Positions 13,968 through 25,343 of a stretch of DNA of 64,000 nucleotides are shown one piece after another. This stretch comes from Lingula anatina (Eukaryota; Animalia; Brachiopoda), in NCBI GenBank assembly GCA_051362555.1, contig CM120642.1:21700001-21764000 (forward strand), read 5' to 3'. How positions within the stretch are numbered: position 1 is the first letter of the stretch; every line of letters begins with the position of its first letter. The notes beneath the pieces were generated by a model, which worked only from the letters and a program-made list of their open reading frames with translations, did not search any database and was not told the DNA's origin. The translations under genes were made by a program, and so were the position numbers.

Positions 13968-15553
13968 GAATTTGGACAAATGATGCTGAACAATAATAAA
14001 AATCTGTGATAAGCTCATCAGTTGACTGTGTCTCATGAAAAAGATATTTTCAGAGCATATAAATTTGAGAAAACTAAAAATTACATTGAGAAGTCTGCTG
14101 AATTTAGTGCCTAAATATAGTTAAACGTTAATAATTTTGACAAATCTATTCCAATATCTGTGAAATTTGGAGAGATGATGCATAACAAGAACAAAAATCT
14201 GTGATAACCTCATCATTGGACTGTTTCTAGTGAAAAAGATTTTTTCAACAATATAATTTAGAAAACTGAATGTTACATTGAAAAGACTGACAAAGTCCAT
14301 GACTTCAAATAGTTAAACATTAATAATTTTGACAAATTTTGTCCAATATTTGTGGAATTTGGACAAATGATGCTGAACAATAATAAAAATCTGTGATAAG
14401 CTCATCAGTTGACTGGGCCTAATGAAAAAGATTTTCTTTGGACAATAAATTTGACAAAACTGTAAATAACACTGAAAACACTGCCAAATTTCATGGTATA
14501 ATATAGTTAAACGTTAATAATTTTGACAAATCTTGTCCAATATTTGTGAAATTTGGGCATATGATGCTGAACAATATTAAACATCTGTGGTAAGCTTATC
14601 AGTTGACTGTGTGTAATAGAAGTGTAATTGTCCTCTGAAAAAATATATATACCCATTCGAGACTTCTCCTTACTACCAATACCAGATGCAGATTCCTCCT
14701 TGCAATTGGTTTCTGGAATCAGGTTTAGCACACCATTTGACAATGTTCTAAAGCTTGCCACATACCATCTATTGTACACATGGATGAGACAGACCATTGC
14801 TCTTGCTGTTGTCTTTCACTGCCTGTTTTTTCTACAGAAATTAGCCATGACCAGACAGGAAGAATCAGTTCATCAAAAAACCACCACGCTGTATGGAAAA
14901 GGTTACCTGGAAAAGGAACAATATATTTGAAAAAAGTGAAAATTAAATTTTAAAAATTGACAAATTTCACAGAATAAATAGTTAAACATTAATAACTTTG
15001 ATAAAATTAAGTTTAACATTTGACTGTGTCTAATAAAAAGGATATCTTTGGAACTGAAAATAACACTGAAAAGACTACCAAAGTCCATGACTTCAAATAG
15101 TTAAACATTAATAATTTTGACAAATCAAGTCCAATATTTGTGAAATTTGTACCAATCATGCATAACATCAATAAAAATCGGTGAAAAGCAAATCAGTTGA
15201 CAATGTCCAATGAAAAAGATTTTTTCAGAACATATAAATTTGAGAAAACTGAAAATGACATTGAAAACACTGACAATGCTATGCCTTAAAATAGTTAAAT
15301 GTTAATAATTTTGACAAATCTAGTCCAATATTTGTGAAATTTGGATAGATGATGCATAACAACAATAAAAATCTGTGAAGAGCTCATCAATTGAATGTGT
15401 CTCATGAAAAAGATATTTTCAGAGCATATAAATTTGAAAAAAACTGAAAATTACATTGAGGAGTCTGCAAAATTCGGTGCCTTAATATAGTTAAATGTTA
15501 AAAATTTTGACAAATCTAGACCAATATCTGTGAAATTTGGAGAGATGATGCAT

Positions 15554-17517
15554 TAGTAGGCTTGTTAAGGACCAAAAAATGGCCAAACGCTGCATTTTGT
15601 AGTACAAATGTCTAACTTGGCATAAATGTTCCTTGGGCCAAAAGAAAATTTTTTATCCAAAGAGACGCCCTCTACCGATACATTAATTAGCATAAATTAT
15701 GGAAATTATGTGCCAAAATATATAATATTTTATATTTCCATTAATTTTTGGCCTAGAAACATGTATAGATTATCAAACCTGACTAAATTAGGGACAAGGA
15801 ACCCATTTTTGATCATTTGGAAGCAATTGGTGGCCATTTTGTGCCTCAAATCCAAGATGGCCGCCACCCGCCATTTTGAAAGTAGACATAATTTTGCTAT
15901 TTTATGTTGAATTTTGAAGCGTTTGCTCTAACTATACTTGATATATATATCGATTCTTACTATTTTGGGGGTGCAAAAGTAATTTTTGATATTGTTATGG
16001 TGATAGTAGTGATGTGAAGGAACAAAGAGGGTGTTTTAAGTGCCTACCAAGATATGTGTGAACGCTGCAAAACCATGGATATTGATAACCCGTATTCAAA
16101 TATATCTCAATGCAATTTTTCGTTATATACCATCTCTATTGGACTATATTATGAGCAAAAAAACACATTTTACCATTATGGAGGCCATTGGTGGCCGTTT
16201 TATCCCTCAAATCCAAGATGGCCGCCAAAAACCATTTTGAAATTGGGCATAATTCGCTATTTTGAAACTATATGTATTACATCTTTGTAAATGAGTAATA
16301 CGTCGTTTTATATTATTTTCTGGTGCAGAATACATTATCTGTTTCATGAAATGTGAGTACAAACTATTTTAGCCTCCAAAATCAATATGCATGTAGGCTT
16401 AAGTTGTCAAATAGACTTACATGTGCCATGTAGTCTAATTAGTACAAAATGTTTTATTAAATCCTAAAGAGCTTGAAACAAGCGTCAGAGATCAAAATGG
16501 CTTAATTAAAGGTAAAGAACACATACCTGGTGCTTTGAAGACAATTGGTAGCCATTTTGATCCTCAAATCCAAGATGGCCGCCAGTCACAATTTTGAAAT
16601 ACGGGTAAGGCATAACTCATCAATTTGAAGCTATTGCTCTTACACTAGCATGTTATACATCGTTTCTTATCATTTGGGTTGTAGAAGTCGTGTCTTATCT
16701 CTTCTGAGATATAATACAAAAAGAAAATATTACAAGGCTCCAACACCAATACAGGCTTACGTCTTCACCTCGTATACGTCTTGAAGTCAAATTTGTGCAA
16801 AAATATGTTATATAACAATTATAAAATAGTTTTGCCAGACATGTAGATTAAGTGCAAGAGACCAGCATGGCTGATTCGACTTCATGGTGACTACTGTTAG
16901 CTATTCTGTTGTTCATATCCAAGAACCTGTCACTATTTTAAAATTATGGCATAATTTACCTTTTTGAGCTGTTGGACTTTCATATATGATCGTAATACAT
17001 CAATTGTTACTATTTTGGAAGTACGTAATTAATTTCCGGTGTTATTCTGGTGACAGAGGATAATAACAAAGGCATAAGGTGTTTTAAGATGATTCCAAGA
17101 TGAATTTTCTTGTAGTTGTCATATATTGTAGATGTTTTGTGCTTGTTCGTCCATTGGAAACAATGAGAACTATAAAGTTGCCTTATGGATTTCTATTGGT
17201 AGTGAGATGACTTGTCTGGCCAAATCATGCTAGGAATGATCACTGGCACTGTCAACTAGGAAAATAGGCTGCTTCCTCGATATTTTTGCTTTATCCCTCT
17301 TGCCTACCTGCGCAGCTGCTGCTTTCCAGTTGGTTTTGCAGATTCCTTCTTTTGTGTAAAGATACCACTTTCCTCTGATGCGACATGTTCTCATGCATTG
17401 ATGTTTCTCTGGAAACTGGATTTTAATATATTGTTTGGCTGTTTCTCATAGGACACTGACAAAACCTCAATTCTTACTGGCTGTTGTCTTATTGGCCTAC
17501 CAGAGCTGATCATGCAT

Positions 17518-17560
<43 letters not shown>

Positions 17561-19285
17561 GCTGCTGGATGATTTTGCAGACAAGATCTGGAGCTATTTC
17601 AAAGCAAAGTCCATTTGCTTGTCTTTCACGGGCATTTTGGCATCAATACAACTAACCAAGTTCCATAGTATTATAAGACGACACATTTTTCACCCTTCAA
17701 ATCTTCTGGACTATATTTAACATGCAAATGCAAGCCCCAGTGACTGGGACATAAATGTACATGTGGCTTTTTGGTTCACATTGACCAGTAAAAGATTAAT
17801 AATATAATACCACTATGTATATATATTTATTGCTTACCTTTAAATTATTCAGTATCTTTTAGTGGATGGTCACTTAAGATAAATCTAAATGATGTATTTG
17901 AGCATGTGGTTCGGGTTCCACATTTTTGTTACAGACGCAACGAAACTCATCTTGGAATTTATTTTACAACCTTATATTACGGTACCTTTTTATTATCTTC
18001 TGTCATCAAATTAGCACCGGAAAATTACTTTTGTGCCCCCAGAATAGTACCATTTTACCTAATACAAGCCCACAGTTCAAAGGTTATAAATTACACCAAA
18101 TTATTAAAATAGCGGCATGCAACCAACACTTGGTTTTGATAAAAAAAATAGCAAACAATTATCCTCATGCGGTCAAAGATGTATTATTTTACTTTAATGC
18201 AGCCATTTTGTTTGCTGACACTTGTTTTATAGATCGGGCAAAAGCAGTTTTGCACTAATTGGATTACTAATTGTACATATAAACTGCAGGCCCATGTGGC
18301 GACTAAATCCTATATTTATTTGGAGGCTTATAAAAGTTTCTATTTACATTTTATGAAACCGAAATTGCATTCTGCACCAGGAAATAATCAATAAAAATGA
18401 AGTATGGCACGCTTATAAAGGTGTGATAGTTTCAAAATGGTGAATAATGCTCAATTTGAAAATGGCGTATTTGGGTCAGCTTGGATTTGAGGCACAAATT
18501 TTATGAAACAAATAGTATTCTGCACCAGAATATAATATAAAACGAAGTATTACTCATTTACAAAGATGTAATACATATAGTTTCAAAATAGCGAATTATG
18601 CCCAATTTCAAAATGGTTTTTGGCGGCCATCTTGGATTTGAGGGATAAAACGGCCACCAATGGCCTCCATAATGATAAAATGTGTTTTTTTGCTCATAAT
18701 ATAGTCCAATAGAGATGGTATATAACGAAAAATTGCATTGAGATATATTTGAATACGGGTTATCAATATCCATGGTTTTGCAGCGTTCACACATATCTTG
18801 GTAGGCACTTAAAACACCCTCTTTGTTCCTTCACATCACCTACTATCACCATAACAATATCAAAAATTACTTTTGCACCCCCAAAATAGTAAGAATCGAT
18901 ATATATATCAAGTATAGTTAGAGCAAACGCTTCAAAATTCAACATAAAATAGCAAAATTATGTCTACTTTCAAAATGGCGGGTGGCGGCCATCTTGGATT
19001 TGAGGCACAAAATGGCCACCAATTGCTTCCAAATGATCAAAAATGGGTTCCTTGTCCCTAATTTAGTCAGGTTTGATAATCTATACATGTTTCTAGGCCA
19101 AAAATTAATGGAAATATGAAATATTATATATTTTGGCACATAATTTGCATAATTTATGCTAATTAATGTATCGATAGAGGGCGTCTCTTTGGATAAAAAA
19201 ATTTCTTTTGGCCCAAGGAACATTTATGCCAAGTTAGACATTTGTACTATAAAATGCAGCGTTTGACCTCTTAACAAGCCTACTA
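15554..19285. mobile_element. Second Academ-type non-autonomous element (3.7 kb, ~0.8-kb near-identical TIRs)
   Basis: TAGTAGGCTTGTTAAG ... CTTAACAAGCCTACTA with 3-bp TSD CAT, splitting satellite GATGCAT^AACAAC. Mirrored ORFs 15626/19223 and 16054/18794. Repeated AAATCCAAGATGGCCGCC motif. No intact transposase. Confidence 0.85.
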
Positions 19286-20985
19286 CATAACAACAATAAA
19301 AATCTGTGATAACCTCATCAGTTGACTGTTTCTAGTGAAAAAGATTTTTTCGACAATATAATTGAGAAAACTGAATGTTACATTGAAAAGACCATGACTT
19401 CAAATAGTAAAATGTTAATAATTTTGACATATCTAGTCCAATATTTGTGAAATTTGTACAAACATCATTTGACAATGTTCTAAAGCTTGCCACATACCAT
19501 CTATTGTACACATGGATGAGACAGACCATTGCTCTTGCTGTTGTCTTTCACTGCCTGTTTTTTCTACAGAAATTAGCCATGACCAGACAGGAAGAATCAG
19601 TTCATCAAAAAACCCACCACGCTGTATGGAAAAGGTTACCTGGAAAAGGAACAATATATTTGAAAAAAGTGAAAATTAAATTTTAAAAATTGACAAATTT
19701 CACACACTAAAATAGTTAAACATAATTACTTTGATAAAGTTAAGTTTAACAGTTGACTGTGTCTAATAAAAATAACACTGAAAAGACTACCAAAGTCCAT
19801 GACTTCAAATAGTTAAACATTAATAATTTTGACAAATCAAGTCCAATATTTGTGAAATTTGTACCAATCATGCATAACATCAATAACAATCTGTGAAAAG
19901 CAAATCAGTTGACAATGTCCAATGAAAAAGATTTTTACAGAACATATAAATCTGAGAAAACTGAAAATGACATTGTAAACACTGACAATGCTATGCCTTA
20001 AAATAGTTAAACATTAATAATTTTGACAAATCTAGTCCAATATTTGCGACATTTAGATAGATGATGCATAACAACAATAAAAACCTGTGAAAAGCTCATC
20101 AATTGACTGTGTCTCATGAAAAAGATATTTTCAGAGCATATAAATTTGAAAAAACTGAAAATTACATTGAGAAGTCTGCCAAATTTGGTGCCTTAATATA
20201 GTTAAACGTTAATAATTTTGACAAATCTAAACCAATATCTGTGAAATGTGGAGAGATGATGCATAACAACACTAAAAATCTGTGATAACCTCATCAGTTG
20301 ACTGTTTCTAGTGAAAAAGATTTTTTCGACAGTATAAGTTAGAAAACTGAATGTTACATTGAAAAGACTGCCAAAGTCCACGACTTCAAATAGTTAAATG
20401 TTAATAATTTTGACAAATCTTGTCCAATATTTGTGGAATTTGGACAAATGATGCTGAACAATAATAAAAATCTGTGATAAGCTCATCAGTTGACTGGGTC
20501 CAATGAAAAAGATTTTTTTCGGACAAAAAATTTGACAAAACTGGAAATTACACTGAAAAGACTGCCAAATTTCATGGTAAAATATAGTTAAACGTTAATA
20601 ATTTTGACAAATCTTGTCCAATATTTGTGGAATTTGGACAAATGATGCTGAACAATATTAAAAATCTGTGATAAGCTCATCAGTTGACTGAGTTCGATGA
20701 AAAAGATTTTTTTAGGACAATAAATTTGACAAAACTGAAAATAACACTGAAAAGACGGCCAAATTTCATGGTATAAAATAGTTAAATGTAAATAATTTTG
20801 ACACATCTTGTCCAATATTTGTGAAATGTGGACAAATGATGCTGAACAATAATAAAAATCTGTGATAAGCTCATCAGTTGACTGAGTTTAATGAAAAAGA
20901 TTTTTTCAACAATATAATTTAGAAAACTGAATGTTACATTGAAAAGACTGCCAAAGTCCATGACTTCAAATAGTTAAACATTAAT

Positions 20986-21586
20986 TGTCAGCGACAGTTA
21001 CTCAACTTCCCTACTTAATGAACTCTGCCAATAGTGAACGCATTCAACACCGTAACTGAGCAGTTTTTGCGTCCAGCTGCTATATAAGCTGGACGTTTTC
21101 TACAGCGGTATGCAGTGCGGCATCGACACACTCCGACGACCACAAATTGTAGCAACGACAGGCAGCTTGACAGAAGAGGTTCTCTCCAGCGCCTCGCACC
21201 GGCCTACGACTCCGCGGTCACCCCGGCGGCTCAACAGCAGCGGTTCTCTTCAGCGCCGCGCACCGGCCTACGACTCCGTGGTCACCCAGGCAGCTCGACA
21301 GCGGTCTACTCCTGCTGCAATCATCGGCCCAAGACTCGACGGTCACCCCGGCGGCTCGATATCGGTCTACTCAACTCCTGCGCCACTCACTGCCCACGAC
21401 CCAGCAGTCATCCCGGCGGCTTACGACAGTGGTATCTCTCGATAGCAGTCCAACCGACAGCGATCCATTTCGATTTGGTTTAATTTTATTTTCATTCAAT
21501 GTTTGTAACCATTTATTCGCTATTAAATTATTTATTTATTTATTTACTTCGTTCTTGTTGCTTCTATCACCGTCTTGTCCGCAACA
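20986..21586 (+). repeat. 5' LTR of the BEL/Pao element
   Basis: TGTCAGCGAC...GTCCGCAACA, with TATATAA at ~21081, ATTAAA at ~21522 and internal GC-rich repeats (CGGCCTACGACTCCGCGGTCACCC). Confidence 0.95.
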
Positions 21587-21587
21587 T

Positions 21588-21605
21588 TGGTCTCGCGAGC
21601 CGGAT
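21588..21605 (+). promoter_or_regulatory. Primer-binding site, tRNA-Tyr-like
   Basis: TGGTCTCGCGAGCCGGAT 1 nt after the 5' LTR; resembles the tRNA-Tyr PBS TGGTCCTTCGAGCCGGA with mismatches. Confidence 0.7.
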
Positions 21606-21620
21606 TTCAACACCTACTGC

Positions 21621-24600
21621 ATGGATGAACAGAGATTGAAAGCCGCAAGAACTGGACGCCTGGCTGCCTTCACTAAACGTGTGCTGAAAGCAAGACAGCT
21701 CATCCACGATGAATCCACTAGAAAACATCGGTTGTCGGAAATGAAAGACGAAATAACTACTCTAAAAAATGAATGCGAAACTGCTAACTTGAAATACATC
21801 GACATTCTGGAAGATGAAACGGCCATCACAAACGCCCAGATCTGGTTTACTGACGTTGAAGAAACCTGCGCAGATTGTTTGGGAGAAATCTCCGAGGTTA
21901 TACAAGTGACCAAGGAACAGCCGCAGCCAATTCAACAGCCTCAATCCCAAGAGCCTCAAGTCCATGATGTTCCCGTCGCACCTACCCCAGCACCAATAGA
22001 CGCATGGATTGATGAACTTGTTCCATATAGTGAGACTGTTTTAGCCACACCCAATGATTCAGACAAGTCCTATGAAGAATTACTTCTGAAGTGCATGTTC
22101 GAGAAGGATGCTCCGCGAGCCTCCATATTGCCATTCAACGGGTCTGCACTAGACTGGCCAAGGTTTGCTGAACTATTTTACGAAGAAGTGCACAAGCAAC
22201 CCTATTTTAAGGATACCCGGCGCATGTGGTTACTACAGAGCAGTGTAACTGGTCAAGCAAAACAACATATCGCGGGATATGGAATCGATGGTGCAGCATA
22301 TGCCATAGCCTTGAAAGCTCTAAAACACAGATTCGGACATAGATCGCTGGTGGCCCGAGCATTTTTGGAACGAGTGACAGATGGCCCAACAATCAAGGAC
22401 CGGGACCGGGTACAACTTGAATCGTTTTATGTCAACATCCGAGACTGTATTTTTGTTCTAAAGCGGATGAATTATCAAGCAGACGTCATGAATTTGGACA
22501 CGGTACGACGTTGTACACTTCGCCTCCCACTACGTATGAGAGAACGTTGGGCTGAGTGCTGCCGTATTCTGCGAGCAACCCACGAACCAACTCTAGAAGA
22601 TTTGGAAGGCTGGTTATCAGAGAGAGTAACTTCACTATTTGACCCACTCCTCGCAGAAGATGTTTATGAGACGGTTCAACCCAGAAGTCGTAAAGCGTCT
22701 TCCTTTCACACTACTCAGCCTGTTCCTGAGGAGAGAAAACCTGCTGACCATCCATTCTCCAAGACGCCATCTTTGAGACCCTCTTCGCAGTCCACCTGTG
22801 TTGTTTGTGGTTGTCTCCATGCACTTTACAAGTGTGAACTTTATCTAGCAATGACAACAAAGAAACGGTTTGAATGCGTCAATTCCCATCGACTTTGCAG
22901 GAATTGTCTACGGCCAGGACATATTGCATCTGATTGTACCTCCCCTGGGCGCTGCAGAGTTGATAATTGCAACAAGAGACATCACACAACTCTCCATGAC
23001 GTCCCACAGGAAGTTTACCACCCTCGGTCCACGTGTGTATCTTCCAGTGCAGTGCAGGCAGAAGTACAGGCCCCGTCAGCAACTGAAAAAGCTCAACCCA
23101 AGAGATCCTTTGCTACGCAAAATCCTAATTCTGAAGTTTATCTGCAAGTTGTTCCTGTGATCGTGACGTCACCCACCGGTGAGAAGATCAACACTAGTGC
23201 CTTACTAGACTGTGGAAGTCAACTAACTATGATACGCCGTGATTTAGCTAGTCAGCTCAACTTGTCTGGTCCAATGGAGATCCTACAGATGGGAACAGTA
23301 ACTCGAGATGAAGATTGCCAGCGAGCACAGCTAGTCAGTTTTACCATTTCCTCAGCCATTGAAGATGATGATGCCTCTTTCCCAGTCCAGCAGGCATGGG
23401 TGGTAGACAAGCTGAACATACCCCCGCAACGCTCCGTCAAGATCAACAATTTGCCACACCTCCGAGATCTGAAAGATGTTTTTCCAGACTGCCCTGATAT
23501 TGGCTTGTTAATCGGTGGTGATGTACCTGACATCATGGTCCAGACAGACATCAGACGTGGTCCTCCGGGAACTCCCATAGCTATAAAGACTGTTCTTGGT
23601 TGGTCACTTCTTGGAAGATTGGCAGACCCGACTACGAAACAGCACCGTCTTCACGTCCTCCACGCTAGTTTCAAGTCCATTGACAGAGGGGATGCTGATC
23701 AACTTGAGAAATTTTTCACGACAGAATCATTTGGTTGCAAGTTTGAAGGCAATGCAGCAACTTCCGTAGATGACAGACATGCCCAGAGCCAGCTTGACCA
23801 GAAAACCAGCTATAAATCTGGACGATACTCGGTTCCAATGCTGTGGAAAAACGAAGATACAGTTTTACCCTCAAACTACGTAATGGCTCTCAAGCGTTAC
23901 CAGTTCCTGTGCCGCAAGTTGAGAACCAATCCAGAGCGATTCCGCAGCTACTCTGAAATCATCAACACATGGCTGGAGAAAGGTTATGCCAGAAAGATGA
24001 CAGACAGTGAAGTCCATACACAGAGCCCCATCACCTGGTATTTGCCGCATCATGACGTTTACACTTCGAATAAGACCAGAGTCGTTCAAGACTGTGCAGC
24101 CAGATATGCAGGGACGTCGCTGAACGACAAGTTACTTACAGGTCCAGACCTCCTCAACAGTTTGACAGCAGTTCTACTGAACTTCCGACGAGGATCCATT
24201 GGTTTATCTGCAGACATTGAGTCCATGTTTCACAGAGTGCTGTGTTTGAAAACTGACAGAGACTGTTTACGTTTCCTGTGGTCTGATGATCTACGCATTG
24301 AACAGCCTGACACGTATCAGATGTGCGTTCATCCATTTGGTGCCAAGTCGTCTCCCACGTGTGCCAACTATGCTTTGCGCTGTACAGCAACTGACAACGC
24401 CGACAAGTTTTCTTCCCTAGCAGTTGAAACTACACTGCGGAACTTCTACATGGATGATTTATGTACCAGTCAACCATCTGTGGACCTCGCCATATCCTTA
24501 TCCCATGAATTGGTGGATCTACTGAGCATTGGTGGATTTCGTTTCACGAAGTGGGTATCCAACTCCAGAGATGTATTGTCCTCCCTCCCTGCATCAGAAG

Positions 24601-24683
24601 TTGCCATCAAGAACTTTGACCTCTCTATGGATGCCATGCCTTCCCAGCGGGTACTCGGCTTCATATGGGACACTAATGATTAA
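21621..24683 (+). CDS. BEL/Pao gag-protease-reverse transcriptase polyprotein, C-terminally truncated (~1020 aa from MDEQRLK)
   Basis: DUF1759-type gag (LPFNGSALDWPRF). Three Zn knuckles (CVVCGCLHALYKC, CRNCLRPGHIASDC, CRVDNCNKRHHTTLH). Protease LLDCGSQ. RT motifs YLPHH, SLNDKLLTGPDL, ADIESMF, PFGAKSSP and FYMDD. Ends at RVLGFIWDTND. Confidence 0.95.
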   Translation: MDEQRLKAARTGRLAAFTKRVLKARQLIHDESTRKHRLSEMKDEITTLKNECETANLKYIDILEDETAITNAQIWFTDVEETCADCLGEISEVIQVTKEQPQPIQQPQSQEPQVHDVPVAPTPAPIDAWIDELVPYSETVLATPNDSDKSYEELLLKCMFEKDAPRASILPFNGSALDWPRFAELFYEEVHKQPYFKDTRRMWLLQSSVTGQAKQHIAGYGIDGAAYAIALKALKHRFGHRSLVARAFLERVTDGPTIKDRDRVQLESFYVNIRDCIFVLKRMNYQADVMNLDTVRRCTLRLPLRMRERWAECCRILRATHEPTLEDLEGWLSERVTSLFDPLLAEDVYETVQPRSRKASSFHTTQPVPEERKPADHPFSKTPSLRPSSQSTCVVCGCLHALYKCELYLAMTTKKRFECVNSHRLCRNCLRPGHIASDCTSPGRCRVDNCNKRHHTTLHDVPQEVYHPRSTCVSSSAVQAEVQAPSATEKAQPKRSFATQNPNSEVYLQVVPVIVTSPTGEKINTSALLDCGSQLTMIRRDLASQLNLSGPMEILQMGTVTRDEDCQRAQLVSFTISSAIEDDDASFPVQQAWVVDKLNIPPQRSVKINNLPHLRDLKDVFPDCPDIGLLIGGDVPDIMVQTDIRRGPPGTPIAIKTVLGWSLLGRLADPTTKQHRLHVLHASFKSIDRGDADQLEKFFTTESFGCKFEGNAATSVDDRHAQSQLDQKTSYKSGRYSVPMLWKNEDTVLPSNYVMALKRYQFLCRKLRTNPERFRSYSEIINTWLEKGYARKMTDSEVHTQSPITWYLPHHDVYTSNKTRVVQDCAARYAGTSLNDKLLTGPDLLNSLTAVLLNFRRGSIGLSADIESMFHRVLCLKTDRDCLRFLWSDDLRIEQPDTYQMCVHPFGAKSSPTCANYALRCTATDNADKFSSLAVETTLRNFYMDDLCTSQPSVDLAISLSHELVDLLSIGGFRFTKWVSNSRDVLSSLPASEVAIKNFDLSMDAMPSQRVLGFIWDTND

Positions 24684-24742
24684 TTATATATTTAATTTTT
24701 GACACTGTCGCTTCCAGTTAGTCGTATTACTGCGAGGGGTGA

Positions 24743-25343
24743 TGTCAGCGACAGTTACTCAACTTCCCTACTTAATGAACTCTGCCAATAGTGAACGCAT
24801 TCAACACCGTAACTGAGCAGTTTTTGCGTCCAGCTGCTATATAAGCTGGACGTTTTCTACAGCGGTATGCAGTGCGGCATCGACACACTCCGACGACCAC
24901 AGCTTGTAGCAACGACAGGCAGCTCGACAGAAGAGGTTCTCTCCAGCGCCTCGCATCGGCCTACGACTCCGCAGTCACCCCGGCGGCTCAACAGCAGCGG
25001 TTCTCTCCAGCGCCTCGCACCGGCCTACGACTCCGCGGTCACCCAGGCGGCTCGACAGCGGTCTACTCCTGCTGCAATCATCGGCCCAAGACTCGACGGT
25101 CACCCCGGCGGCTCGATATCGGTCTACTCAACTCCTGCGCCACTCACTGCCCACGACCCAGCAGTCATCCCGGCGGCTTACGACAGTGGTATCTCTCGAT
25201 AGCAGTCCAACCGACAGCGATCCATTTCTATTTGGTTTAATTTTATTTTCATTCAATTTTTGTAACCATTTATTCGCTATTAAATTATTTATTTATTTAT
25301 TTACTTCGTTCTTGTTGCTTCTATCACCGTCTCGTCCGCAACA
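24743..25343 (+). repeat. 3' LTR of the BEL/Pao element, preceded by purine tract GCGAGGGGTGA
   Basis: Same length as the 5' LTR, about 12 substitutions by manual count (~2%). Confidence 0.95.

Larger units (their letters stand above)
20986..25343 (+). mobile_element. BEL/Pao LTR retrotransposon, internally deleted (no RNase H or integrase)
   Basis: Two 601-bp TG...CA LTRs, 5-bp TSD TTAAT (20981-20985 and 25344-25348), PBS, purine tract and a BEL-type polyprotein. Confidence 0.97.

Noticed and set aside
17100-17750. Transposase remnant in the centre of the second Academ-type element
   Set aside because: Composition is coding-like but I could not recognise any motif, so it was not called
15626-19223. 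Mirror-image ORF pairs as duplicated genes
   Set aside because: They simply reflect the terminal inverted repeats
21110-21483. 111- and 122-aa ORFs (also at 24867-25240)
   Set aside because: They lie wholly within the GC-rich repetitive LTRs and have no protein features
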